Assembly (NCBI GenBank): GCA_002633005.1
Contig: NMRA01000374.1
Coordinates: 284,831-348,830, forward strand
Length of the DNA stretch: 64,000 nt
From: Phoronis australis
Taxonomy: Eukaryota; Animalia; Phoronida
Direction of reading: 5' to 3'
Positions within the stretch are counted from its first letter, which is position 1. Each line of letters starts with the position of its first letter. The notes beneath the pieces are model-generated. The model was given only the letters and a program-made list of their open reading frames with translations. It did not search any database and was not told the origin of the DNA. Made by a program: the position numbers and the translations under genes. This document shows, in pieces, positions 53,701-64,000 of this stretch.

Positions 53701-56700
53701 TCACTTAGTATTAGTTAGTTTGACCAGTTTCAACTAGTTTTGCATAAGCATTTTGACTAACGTTGAATCACGATTTAATGAAAAACTCAAAATGTGGAAT
53801 GCCACTTGAAAAAATAATTGCCAATTGAAATAATAACATGTTTGCATTGATCATTTTGTGAATAATTATTGCATTCATCTGATTCCTTCACATTTCTTTA
53901 ATATGTTGTAAATATAATCAACCGCATTTCAGCCATCTATATATAAAATATCTCTAGTTACCACACTGCCATGATGGCGGGGACAACAAGCATTATAAAC
54001 AATGTGTTCTTCGCCGACACACCAATCTGTCGCAAACCCGCATAGGAGAGAGCACCAAATACACCGGCGCCACCTGTGCCTGATGAGTAGGTTGACACAA
54101 CATTTCTGAAAGACCACAAGTTACAATTCCTGAGAAACTGACAAGGGCACAGACTTCAGTTGTGTGGTCAAAATTTCCTTTCAAACTTAAATCCTAATGG
54201 GTATGACAAGTCTGGCAAAAATAAAAATAATAAAAAAGTCTGGCAACAGACCTAATTCAGGGGACTTCATATGTCGAGATGCTCTTCAAGTTCATTGCGG
54301 ATGCCTATGAACAGTAGGTGACATCACAGATTATGGAAAACAACACAGGTGAGCACCATACTTGGAACCACAAGACCACTGCAACATGTGTTTTGGTGAG
54401 AGTAAGGCAAAGCATCATGAAAATAAAAAGATTGAAAATCTGTCTGAAAATCCTGAGCTTAGTAAGCTTTTGCACAAACGATTCTCAGGGCATGAGCTAT
54501 CTGATCACGCTCGAGTCAAATCGCACTACCTAAAATGCAAAATGAATAGATTACGCATCCATGACTTATCTGTGATGTCACGGAATATTTACAAAACAAA
54601 ACACCTCACAAACAATGCATTTGAAAATGGCAGCACGATATACGAGCCTCTCATATCGTGTACATGAGAAAAACAGGAAACGTCAGCCTAATATCGTGTT
54701 ATAACAGTCCATGGAATGATAGCAGCTTTAATACTTGTCTACTCATGGAGACATTTCAAATTAAAGTATTGTAACAAATGAGACATGCACACCTTGGTAC
54801 TTAGTGATGATGTATTGATTATCTGTTGTGTTGTCTGAATGCAACTACAGTAGCTTGCCTGGCATTGCACCCAGATATAATGTCATCTATCAAATATGTT
54901 CAACAAATCAATAGTTTACCAGGTAGTTTACATTCACTAAATCAACCAGTCTTCCTGAAAAACTTGACATTTGACATGGAAATTGCAAAAAGACCTCTCA
55001 ATCAGTACATCTGCCATCTCAAACAGAATGTTAAATTTAATGTGAAACACTACCAAAATTGTTCAGTAAAGTTTGATTGAAATTAAGGCTCCTGTTAAAA
55101 TTACACCGATGTCTAGTTTTTAATAACAGTCATGAGACTAATAACTGTTACAATGAAGAATTACTTCCATGCACACAATATTTTTGTTTATTTCTCAAGC
55201 ACTTATTTAACACGTCATAGTTGCACGAGATTCCAATTGTTACAATTAATGTTTTAATTAATAGTTATTACTAACAGTAGTGTGTTCATTAAAGTTTTCT
55301 ACTAATTAAAGCTGCACTTCGCTCTGTTTAGCCATCTACAAATTTACAAAAATTGAACTGGGCCTTCATTACTCTCGTAAATGATCGGGTTCTAATCCTG
55401 TTAACAAAACGTGAACATCAAAACTGTCAATGAATCGAGAAGAAAACATTTCAGAGCTTATTGGGGTTGGCCAAGTGTAAAATATTAATTGGAAATGGTA
55501 CGTGTATGCATTTCCTGAGACTTGAGTTGCTGGCTCCTTCACCAACAATCAAATTCGATTGAGCTTTGTAATGTAGTTTGAACTGCAAAGCGCTTAGGTT
55601 AAGAATTCAACTTTGGCAGCTTAACAGCAGTGAATGCAGCATTTAACATCACAAAACAGCGTATTGTGAAAACAAAAAGCAAATAGAAAACTTACAAATT
55701 GAACTTTGCGGAAAGGCTTAAAAACGTAACTTCACCAAATCCTGAGCTGATGCTTGCACAAATGACACCTGGTGAGAGAAATAAACACTAAAAGCTTATA
55801 GAGTACCTGGTGAGAGAAATGAACACTTCAGCTTATAGTACAGCTGAACAAAAACAGCAAGCTTCTACATCAAACAATGCGAGTACCCGCATAATGTGGA
55901 TATGGGCACAGTCAATTAAAATACACAACTTGTGATGTCTGACTACCTAGCGCTTTAATTACAATAACAATATTGTACAAATGGCACGATTTATTACTAC
56001 CCTCATGCCCGGTCAACGTCATAATGGTTTCCCTTTCATCCAATGTTTCAATTTCTATGCATGAAGGTAATTTTTGGATGGTAGACAGATTTGCACGTAA
56101 CAACTTCGTCAATAATTATTCAATAGGAGTTCAGCTGCAAGTACAGAAAAATGACAACAGGAACAAATCTCAACGATGAGCCATAGAGTAGTTCCATAAA
56201 AAAATTTGGCTTACTTAACCGTGAACTAATGGTAAATTTTCAATAACGTTACTTGGATGGTGTAAAGAATAGACAATTGTGAACATAGTCTGTTACAACA
56301 CTGGCGTCAATGTTCAGCGATTGTTGCCGGGACATTTATATGTAAAAGCACCGTTGTGTTGGCCGGGTGCATGCAAATGTTCGACATGGGTGCGGCAGTC
56401 GAGAGCCAGCCGTGACACGGTGTAGACGTGTCTAGAAGCTGTCTGGACACCGTGGAACGTTTGTGCCGACAGTGAAGACTTGTAACATTCAGCGAACAAA
56501 GTAGGGACCGCAAAGATGATGGTGTTCAAAGTCGTATGCTAAAAGGAAGGCACTGACCACCAGTGCACTGTGCACGAACTGTGTGAAATGATAAGCTGGA
56601 CTATGACTCAGTAATATTAGTTTAGGTGCCATATGGGAGTTGTCGACCTAGTTATGATACATATTTAGTGTTTGTGTGTAAACGTTTAATATTGGAAGCT

Positions 56701-59700
56701 TCATTAAATATTGTTTCTTTTAAACTCGTTTTTCTACTGAATTGTCTGATTAAAGTCACGTGGTGACAGATGACAAAAACAAGGGACACAATTAATTCAT
56801 GAATTATGAACTCTTAGTTTATTTATTATAAGCTCAGTTGCAAATAAAGAAAAATGACACGAAAACAAATCTCAATGGTGAGACTTAGTGTAGCTAGATA
56901 GAGAATTCAGCAAACAGCGCTATGAGTGAATCAACAATAAGGCACTTGGTGTCATATCCAATTCATATCTCATGTTACAAATTATACTCAAAGAACTGCA
57001 TTTTCCATTATAGGCACAAAAATGTTTGCATGTAATGGACAAACACCTTTAGATCACACGATGTATTGCAGCCATTGAATTTACAAATTATGCCAGATAT
57101 TCATCAACTAATTAAGCCCATAGACACTTACCTAAAATACTTATCCATACCGATGGTGAAAAGGCTACAATAAGGAAGCTAGCCACAGCAAATAAAATGA
57201 TTTTAACGACACGGACACTGAAAAAAGGGATAGACATTGTCACATCAGTTATCAAGATATATAAATATACTTACACAAACAATTCTACAATTATGGTGCT
57301 GTAGTTTTTTAAAAAGGTAATGATTTGTTCTCATCAAAAATCACTGAAATTTCAAAGAAGAAATTTCCCTCCTAATTTTCAAATAATAAGTGGGTGCTAT
57401 TTTCTGTCAGATTTTCCTCTGGTTTTTGGCCAGAACTTCGATGAAGTTAGACAAATTTCACCAAATATCCTCAACTTAAAAAAAACAGTGCAAGTGAAAC
57501 TGAATCCTGCTTAGTTCTCAACACTGCTGCTAGAGGACACTCTGTGAGTAATAATCAGTACTTTTGAGACATGTCTGGAAATCTTGAGCCAAGTTTGGAA
57601 AGCTATGAACTATCAATAATGTTAAAAAAATTAAAAGCAATATTTATTACTTCAGGCTTTTCTGGTCTGTGATGACATAAAGTCGCACAATTGTTCTTAT
57701 TTTATTCTTTTGCAGGTAAAATAATGAATTGACAAGCAAGAGGAAATCTTGAGCTAGAGTTGTTTCTGTGAACAAACACAAATAAGGAGGGTCTGAATGG
57801 CTAAACACTACAAGGCACTTGAGTCGTGTTTAGATTTTCGGACAGGTGAAAATCTGAACAATACAAACCAATAAACCAAAGAATACGGTTCAAATGTGAA
57901 CCAGTCTCGAATGTGATAGCAGGCGTATGTTTCCTGAACAATGCCTCAAAACTTAAGTCAGAAATTTGGTTTCACTCACCGCACAAAAAAATCTGAAAAA
58001 TAATTAAATACCACATGATTGAGAAAAGATGTGAAGTCCCTCATAATGTACTGTGCATAACGGCTAGTTACAGAGATGATTTCTATACATTCTGAGCTAT
58101 AAGGTGTCCATACTTACTCGGTTAAACTTTTTGCAGCAATTGTCAAGAGGGAGCATAGAACAAAATTTCTGTCTTAAATCTTGAGTTATTTTGATGGAAC
58201 TGACCCCTGGCCATATAGAACAAGGGAGAGCAATTATGGCTAAGGCCTAGGTCAATATAACATAGCATGCCAATGACTGGTGGGCCTGTTTCCTCAAATT
58301 GTTTCATCTCTCATTGGATGAGCATGTTTTTTTCAGGCTCTGGCATACTGTCATCATCAGCTTGTTATACATGGTCATTGGTTTACGACTTTCGCAGCCT
58401 GCTATTGATCAGATCAAGAATAGCAATATTTGATATTCCGACGTCTTGGACAAAACGCGAAAAAATTTGTAAAACAATGAGATTACACTCGGCTACCTTT
58501 GATTGAAGACTTACTCGTATGGTATACGATGCATGAAGAATGGAGCAGTCAACTTAATGATGAGCGTAGGTAAAATGTCAGCTAACAAGATTGCCTGAAA
58601 AAGTGAATATTATGCAACTTATTGAAAAACTGTACACAGCAATTTTTACTGGCACTGTAAGGCCAAAACACATAAATTACGTCACTATGCTTAATATTTC
58701 CTCTTTTATTTCTAAGATTAGAAACAAGGCTGACCCGTTCCACACTACCTTGCCCTTTACCTATAATTAATAAAACAACCTACAATTATATGACAATTAC
58801 CCACATCAAGAATGCTGATCCAGGTTTGCATTGTGTGAAGCAGAGCAGTTATAACATTAGCAATAACTAACAATTCTTTGTATTGTGGTAGTTATACTCC
58901 CGTCACGCCAGAGGTGCGGTGCTTGTACGGCATAAACAGCAGTGGCACTGCCGTGATCGCCGTGGTTCCGCAGCGGTTCCGCCACTGATCGCCGCAGCAC
59001 CTCGGAAAACTGTCAAAACCGCGGACCTTCGAGGTGGCGTGGCGGAAACTTTGAACATGTTCAAAACTTCTGCAGTGCCACCGCGGGTTGAGCCAATCCG
59101 CATGGCCACCCCCATGGCCGTCGTGGCACCACACAAGGACTGCAGTAGCACCTCCATCACCGCCATGCTTCCGTTGTACAACCGCTGTGCAATCGCCGAA
59201 AACATAGATAGGCAACCCTATGGCGATCCCGTGATGGTTCTACTGCTGTTATGGCGATGGTTTCACGGTACCACTGCGGAGTCAGGGAGGAATTTTAGAA
59301 AATTTGGCGATCTTTATGCGCTGTCACTGCGTTCCTACGGCAGTGCTGGTGGTGTTATTGGGGTGCTTGTATGGCAATGGCGTTTCCACTGACATTACAC
59401 TGAGGTGCTTACACGGAGCTACTGCGGGTCTATTTTGTAGTGTATATGCTCTTTTTCTGCAGGAATTACAATGGCCAATATTAAGTCCAAATGTCTACAC
59501 AGGAAAGATTAATAAGATTATTATAAATCAATTCATTCAGAGAACAACTTACCCCAGTCCCAATAGTGTTGCAATGTGTAAACTTCTTGCTGGAATTTCC
59601 TACCAGCTGGAGATCATCAAGAAGCTCTGACGTCACATTTGTTTCGTGAGACGAATTCCCTTTCTCTTGATCATGCAGAATGTCCTCAGCGGCTGTCAGC

Positions 59701-62700
59701 ATAACCACATAGGAGTAGTTATTGCAAAGGCCCAGGAACCTGTATTAAATCTATTGTATTATTTGGCTCAAGTAAAATTAAAAATCAATGTGGTGTCTAG
59801 GTATGACACAGGACTCCTATTATCAAAGCATCAAACTTGACATCTTCGTTGAAGCATGCCAGAAATTTGTTTTTAAGAACAAGCAATGGAATAAATAGAT
59901 ATCAAATTTTCATTTTACTTCTCACCTAAGGTGTAAAACACTGGTTATGAAACCATTTCCTGACACAAGCTGCACTTAACACAAACATAACAAAACTAGA
60001 AACAGAAATATCGGAAAATATTTCGAGTTTCAGGCCAAATTTAATGGATCACTGTAACATTGCCATTGTTTGTAGTTGGTGCTGTCGTTGTTATTGTTGT
60101 TGTTGTCACTGTTGTTGCAGCTGTTGTTATTTCTGAATTACATCTATTCAAACACCAAAGGTTTAACAGTCAGATATTACTTATAAATCTTCACTCTTTT
60201 CCAAGCTGCTTTAACACACAATTACAAAATGCCAATTAAGTCTAGAACAAAACTAGACTTAAACTTTTTCCATGACAGTATTTGGTTTCAAATGAACTTT
60301 AACATGGGGATAACATGCATTGAGTTCAAGCAATCAAATTTTGGAAAGGTTGGTCAATCTTTTGATTTTCTGAAGGAATAACACATCAGATGTGGATTGT
60401 AGAATTTGAAACAGAATTCTACAGTTAGTGTAATATTGTATAATTTGGAAGAGTGAAAACTAAATTAGAAATATTAGCCGAGAAATGGGCTGAATTGCCC
60501 ATATTCCATTCTTCAGAAACAAAACAAAATTCAATTTTTGCTTGAACTTCACTGTCCCAAATTTTGGGGACATCCAAACTGGAAATTTTTAACCTACGTA
60601 CAGGTAAATCTTGGGAATCATTTTGTAGGGGTAACTGGCCAAGTTGAGACTGGTAAAAAGTAGGTATGAATGCGGCTGAGTGAGGACCAAAGAAATTCAA
60701 GGTACGCAGAAACGTCTCGGCGTAATATAAAGATGGAACAGTCAAGAGATTTACTTCCAGAGGGGTGAAATGAAAAGAACTGTCAATAATCTAAACTGCT
60801 CAAAAAGTGTGTCACCTGTTTTTTGCACCTAATTTCCCAAAACAATGAGAAAATGGATATATTTCATGACATACAGGCATGAGTTCAGTGAAAGTCGCAA
60901 ATTAAATGGATGGTTTGACTAGTCTAGTGGTTCAAATTTCCAGAAAGATGGCTTTACTTCTGAATGTTAAAAGTACATTTCACTACCAAAAATGACCACA
61001 AATTGCCAGAATAGCATTTTATTTCCACCATTAAAAGGAATTAAAAGGTCACACTGCACTGAAGCGGCCTGAGTTTTGACAAATTGGCACATCCAGTCAA
61101 AACTGATGGCCTTTTGAAACTACTCGCTGACACCCTAGATGACATATTTAGGGATGGAAATCCTTTGATCATGACATAGTAGGTTTGAAACCTAATCCTT
61201 TTGTGTCCCTGAGTAATCAGCTTCAGTTTAGGTGTTGAGTAAACAGGAAACGCACCATTAAGAAGTCTGTTTAAGGCCATTTTCAATGGATCACACAGGT
61301 ACTGGGATTTTCTAAGCATTTCAGATTCTTGCTAAACTAATCTTTAGACCACTGTGACCCAAAACATTTCCAAAACAATCTTTCTTGCAACTTCAGATTT
61401 AAACCATGTTTCTGACAGCAGGAATCTGCTCTGCTAGCCATTAATTTTGTGACTTGCGTTTTCTAGCTAGAAAATTTTCATCAAACAATGCTCCCTCACT
61501 GCAAGACTTAATTTGCAAAGTTCAAATAGTGAAGAATTTCCAGGTGAGCTAAAACATGTATGAACTGTGTACGTATTGCTAATGTCTTGGAAACGTACAT
61601 TACATTTTACACTTGTTTACATGTCTGGCCTAGCAACCGTACTGTTTACAATGAGAAACAAACCAATAGAGAGTGGTTGCTAATGCTGAAAGAAATATGG
61701 GCACTCACAAATAACAATTGCAAAATTTAGGGCAAAGTGTGATGCCAAATGTGTGCATACCTTGAGAGTATGAAGTAATTACATCACATAGAAATTTAAG
61801 AATCCAAGTTCTCAGTACAAAACTCACCAAAACGCCACAAGGTCTCTCCATTTTGTTTGCTCTAAGGTATAGTCTGTGAATTAAAATAAATGTGAATTAA
61901 AATAAATCACTGTAAATAGGGTCAAACATTATTCCTAATGGAATAGTCAAAATCAAGTAAAATGGCAACCATAATGTAAGATAATCCGCATTGGTGGAAA
62001 AATCATGCATTACTAAGAATCGACGTATTTTTCCTGAACAGAGTCACAAACATTTTGTTGAATGGGCAATAATGATACTGCACGTGGACACGTGCAAGTT
62101 AGCACAAAGCAGTGAGGTCATACAACAGTCAGCAAGGTACGGGAGGATTCTTGTGAAACAGGCTCCAACAGAGGCACGAAGTTCAAATCACGCTGATGTT
62201 GGAGTTTTTAACACTAGCATTTTCGGCAGTGCCCCAATAGTTTTGCCGATGCTCCTTACATTTAGTCCAATGAAGTGTTAGGATACATGAAATAATGTGT
62301 GTAAAGATATGACCTACGTAGTTGAGCTGACAACTCTCGTGTCACGACATACTAAACAAGATGGTACCAGACGATGAATGAAATGCAACACATGCAAATC
62401 GATGTAACTCATTTCTCAGATTTTGCGAAGATTTTAGAAACAACCGATTTTGGCACTCACTTTGAGAAGCACGCAATCACTGCATGGGCACAGTATTCAT
62501 TGAATGAAACTGGTTCTCAAACTCAGGGACCACTACATCCGACCAGGGTCCTTTAGGTAAACAACACAAAAGATCGCAGACATTGACCACCGTCTCTAGC
62601 CTCGCTGGTTCCCTACGTGTCTAGCCAGGTACCACACAGTGGCATGCACTTTAGCATTGGTTGCCTCAGCAGTCATTGGTTAGCTTTACAACAAAAATTT

Positions 62701-63112
62701 CACCTTTTTGCCTTAAAGAATATTCAATTCCAAGTTCACGCAACACTCACTTCCGCTTAATCTTGAGATTAAGCAGGATTCCAAGTTCACGCACAGCAGA
62801 GTCTCTGCTGAACAGCTAAGTGATGTAGGCAATTACATCGTCCGTTTAAAATACATGGAACGAAATAAATACAGAAAGCGATGGGAAGTATTGTAACCCC
62901 CCATGCCCAACCGAGGGGCTACGTGTTGCCTACTAGTGATGGTGCACTTTCGCCGTAGGCTAGCTACGCGCACCTGGCCAGGCCAGATTACACAATCAAG
63001 TCTTCAAGACAAGGAAATATTTTTTGTGAAAAGTATGATAAATTAAAATATGATCCAAAACCTCACGCCGATCAACGTTGTCGCTGTCATCAACACCAGT
63101 GTCCGTATCCAT
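47723..63112 (-). CDS. CLN3: Battenin (CLN3) lysosomal membrane protein, about 438 aa; exons 63112-63067, 61873-61828, 59739-59553, 58594-58515, 57217-57132, 55768-55696, 54105-53962, 52720-52620 (donor uncertain), 52364-52294, 51378-51310, 50769-50714, 49628-49535, 49025-48885, 47845-47723
   Basis: Spliced translation gives [97 protein letters not shown] and EHKEFSLG...DSLGI...HNFLC. All junction phases are compatible; total 1317 nt. The first coding exon is the least certain. Confidence 0.95.
48130..48660. repeat. Interspersed repeat with ~150-bp degenerate units (TGACCTTGAAAATGAGGTCAAGGTCA core) in the last CLN3 intron
   Basis: TGACCTTG...GGTCA/CAAA...TGGTGCC recurs at about 48143, 48293 and 48450. 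Confidence 0.6.
49660..50077. repeat. 50/55-bp minisatellite, about 8 copies (GTAGCCATATGGCAGCAATAGTTCTAACAACACACAACTGAGCAATGAG)
   Basis: Directly visible head-to-tail units in a CLN3 intron. Confidence 0.95.
51495..52160. repeat. Dispersed repeat shared with about 20860-21110 and 36880-37150
   Basis: GTTTCATTAAA..CGA/AACCGAGGGGTTATTTTGCT, GTGGATTTCA..GAAACTTTC and ATTCCTAACAGCGTTTTTGA recur at these positions. Confidence 0.6.
53313..53357. other. Assembly gap (N run)
   Basis: Run of about 45 N. Confidence 0.99.
53358..53562. repeat. 59-bp tandem repeat, about 3.5 copies, abutting the gap
   Basis: GTTCCCCATGGATAGCGTTAGTCGATGGCAT...CTGACTAAC is repeated. Confidence 0.92.
58895..59440. mobile_element. 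GC-rich palindromic MITE remnant centred on TTTGAACATGTTCAAA
   Basis: Perfect palindrome at about 59050-59065 with quasi-inverted GC-rich arms; sharp GC contrast with the surrounding intron. Confidence 0.6.
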
Positions 63113-64000
63113 TCCGACTGATAATACTGTTATCTGATAATAGATAGTTTGCCTCCAGTTCGTTAACGTTGTCGTTAAGCAACTCGCAAGACTTCGCAGG
63201 ATTACTTGAGATACATAGTGTCGAATACTTTTGAATGAGAGCACGTGACTAGATTTAAGCTAGGTCAAACGTAGGTCCTAGTGTATGTCCTAATGTCATT
63301 GAACGCTTGGATGGACTGATTGACCTGTAGGCCTACACTCTTTCACAATGCTACGAAAGGTGACGCAGTGTCCCTCGAGCTCTCCGTGTTCTCTGATGAC
63401 ATCGGTGTGTACTTCCTAGGTCAGCATAAGTTCACGTTCGATAAATACATTATGAATACTAAAATATTCTTAAACAGATTCAAAAACTGTGTCTATTAGT
63501 AAAAGAGCAATTAGCAGCTCCATAATTATATTTTTGTCTGTGAATGAATATTTGCACGCAAAACAGTCTGTTCGACGATATATTTTTGTGATTACAAACA
63601 TGGCGGCCCATGCGAAAAGTCTATTTCACACGTCGATAGAAAGCATGTTTAATAGTTGGACCGCGTTACAGGTAGAGTTAATACTTTTGAGTTCAATCCG
63701 CATTATCCATATCTTTGTAGTAATAGCCGAGATTACCCGACCCGGGGGAAGGTTGGATAGGGGATTGGTACTATTGTAATTTAATACACACGTTCTGGTC
63801 ACAGGCGTCCTCATCTTCTGATCGTCCCCAATAGTACACTACACATAATACTACAAGGTATGACACTCCCGACTAGAAATTCCACGGGTGCTTCACTTCA
63901 GCCGTCCATAGCAAACATAAAACTCAATAAATTTACACAAAACAGGGGTTCAACAAACCATGAAGAATTGTTCTTTCTCCCAATACCATTCACGGTGTCC

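Noticed and set aside
58892-59392. Overlapping 100-157 aa ORFs on both strands
   Set aside because: GC-rich palindromic repeat DNA in a CLN3 intron is poor in stop codons; no protein motifs.
62318-62351. AG...GT-bounded segment as an extra CLN3 exon
   Set aside because: It ends in a phase incompatible with exon 61873-61828, whereas 63112-63067 joins in frame without it.

Overview
AT-rich, intron-rich animal (probably marine invertebrate) genomic DNA with one assembly gap (N run near 53313-53357). Three intact genes could be reconstructed by hand from splice sites. CLN3/battenin lies on the minus strand (14 coding exons, 47723-63112, about 438 aa). Two tandem-duplicated 3-exon genes on the plus strand (25676-30444 and 39621-42744) encode small secreted single-domain discoidin (F5/8 type C) proteins; their non-coding DNA is well conserved while their ligand-binding loops have diverged. 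The first ~20 kb holds a decayed, spliced minus-strand locus that the ORF track largely misses: a divergent ubiquitin-specific protease (C19; Cys, QxDAxEFL and His boxes in order), followed by C2H2-like fingers and a frameshifted Ulp1/SENP (C48) protease. This is possibly cargo of a large mobile element. The rest is transposon debris: two Kolobok-like TTAA elements with a THAP remnant, Harbinger-like MITEs with a nested Helentron-type element, a mariner 3' half, Tx1/L1 LINE fragments and minisatellites. All calls come from manual reading and translation; no database search was run.
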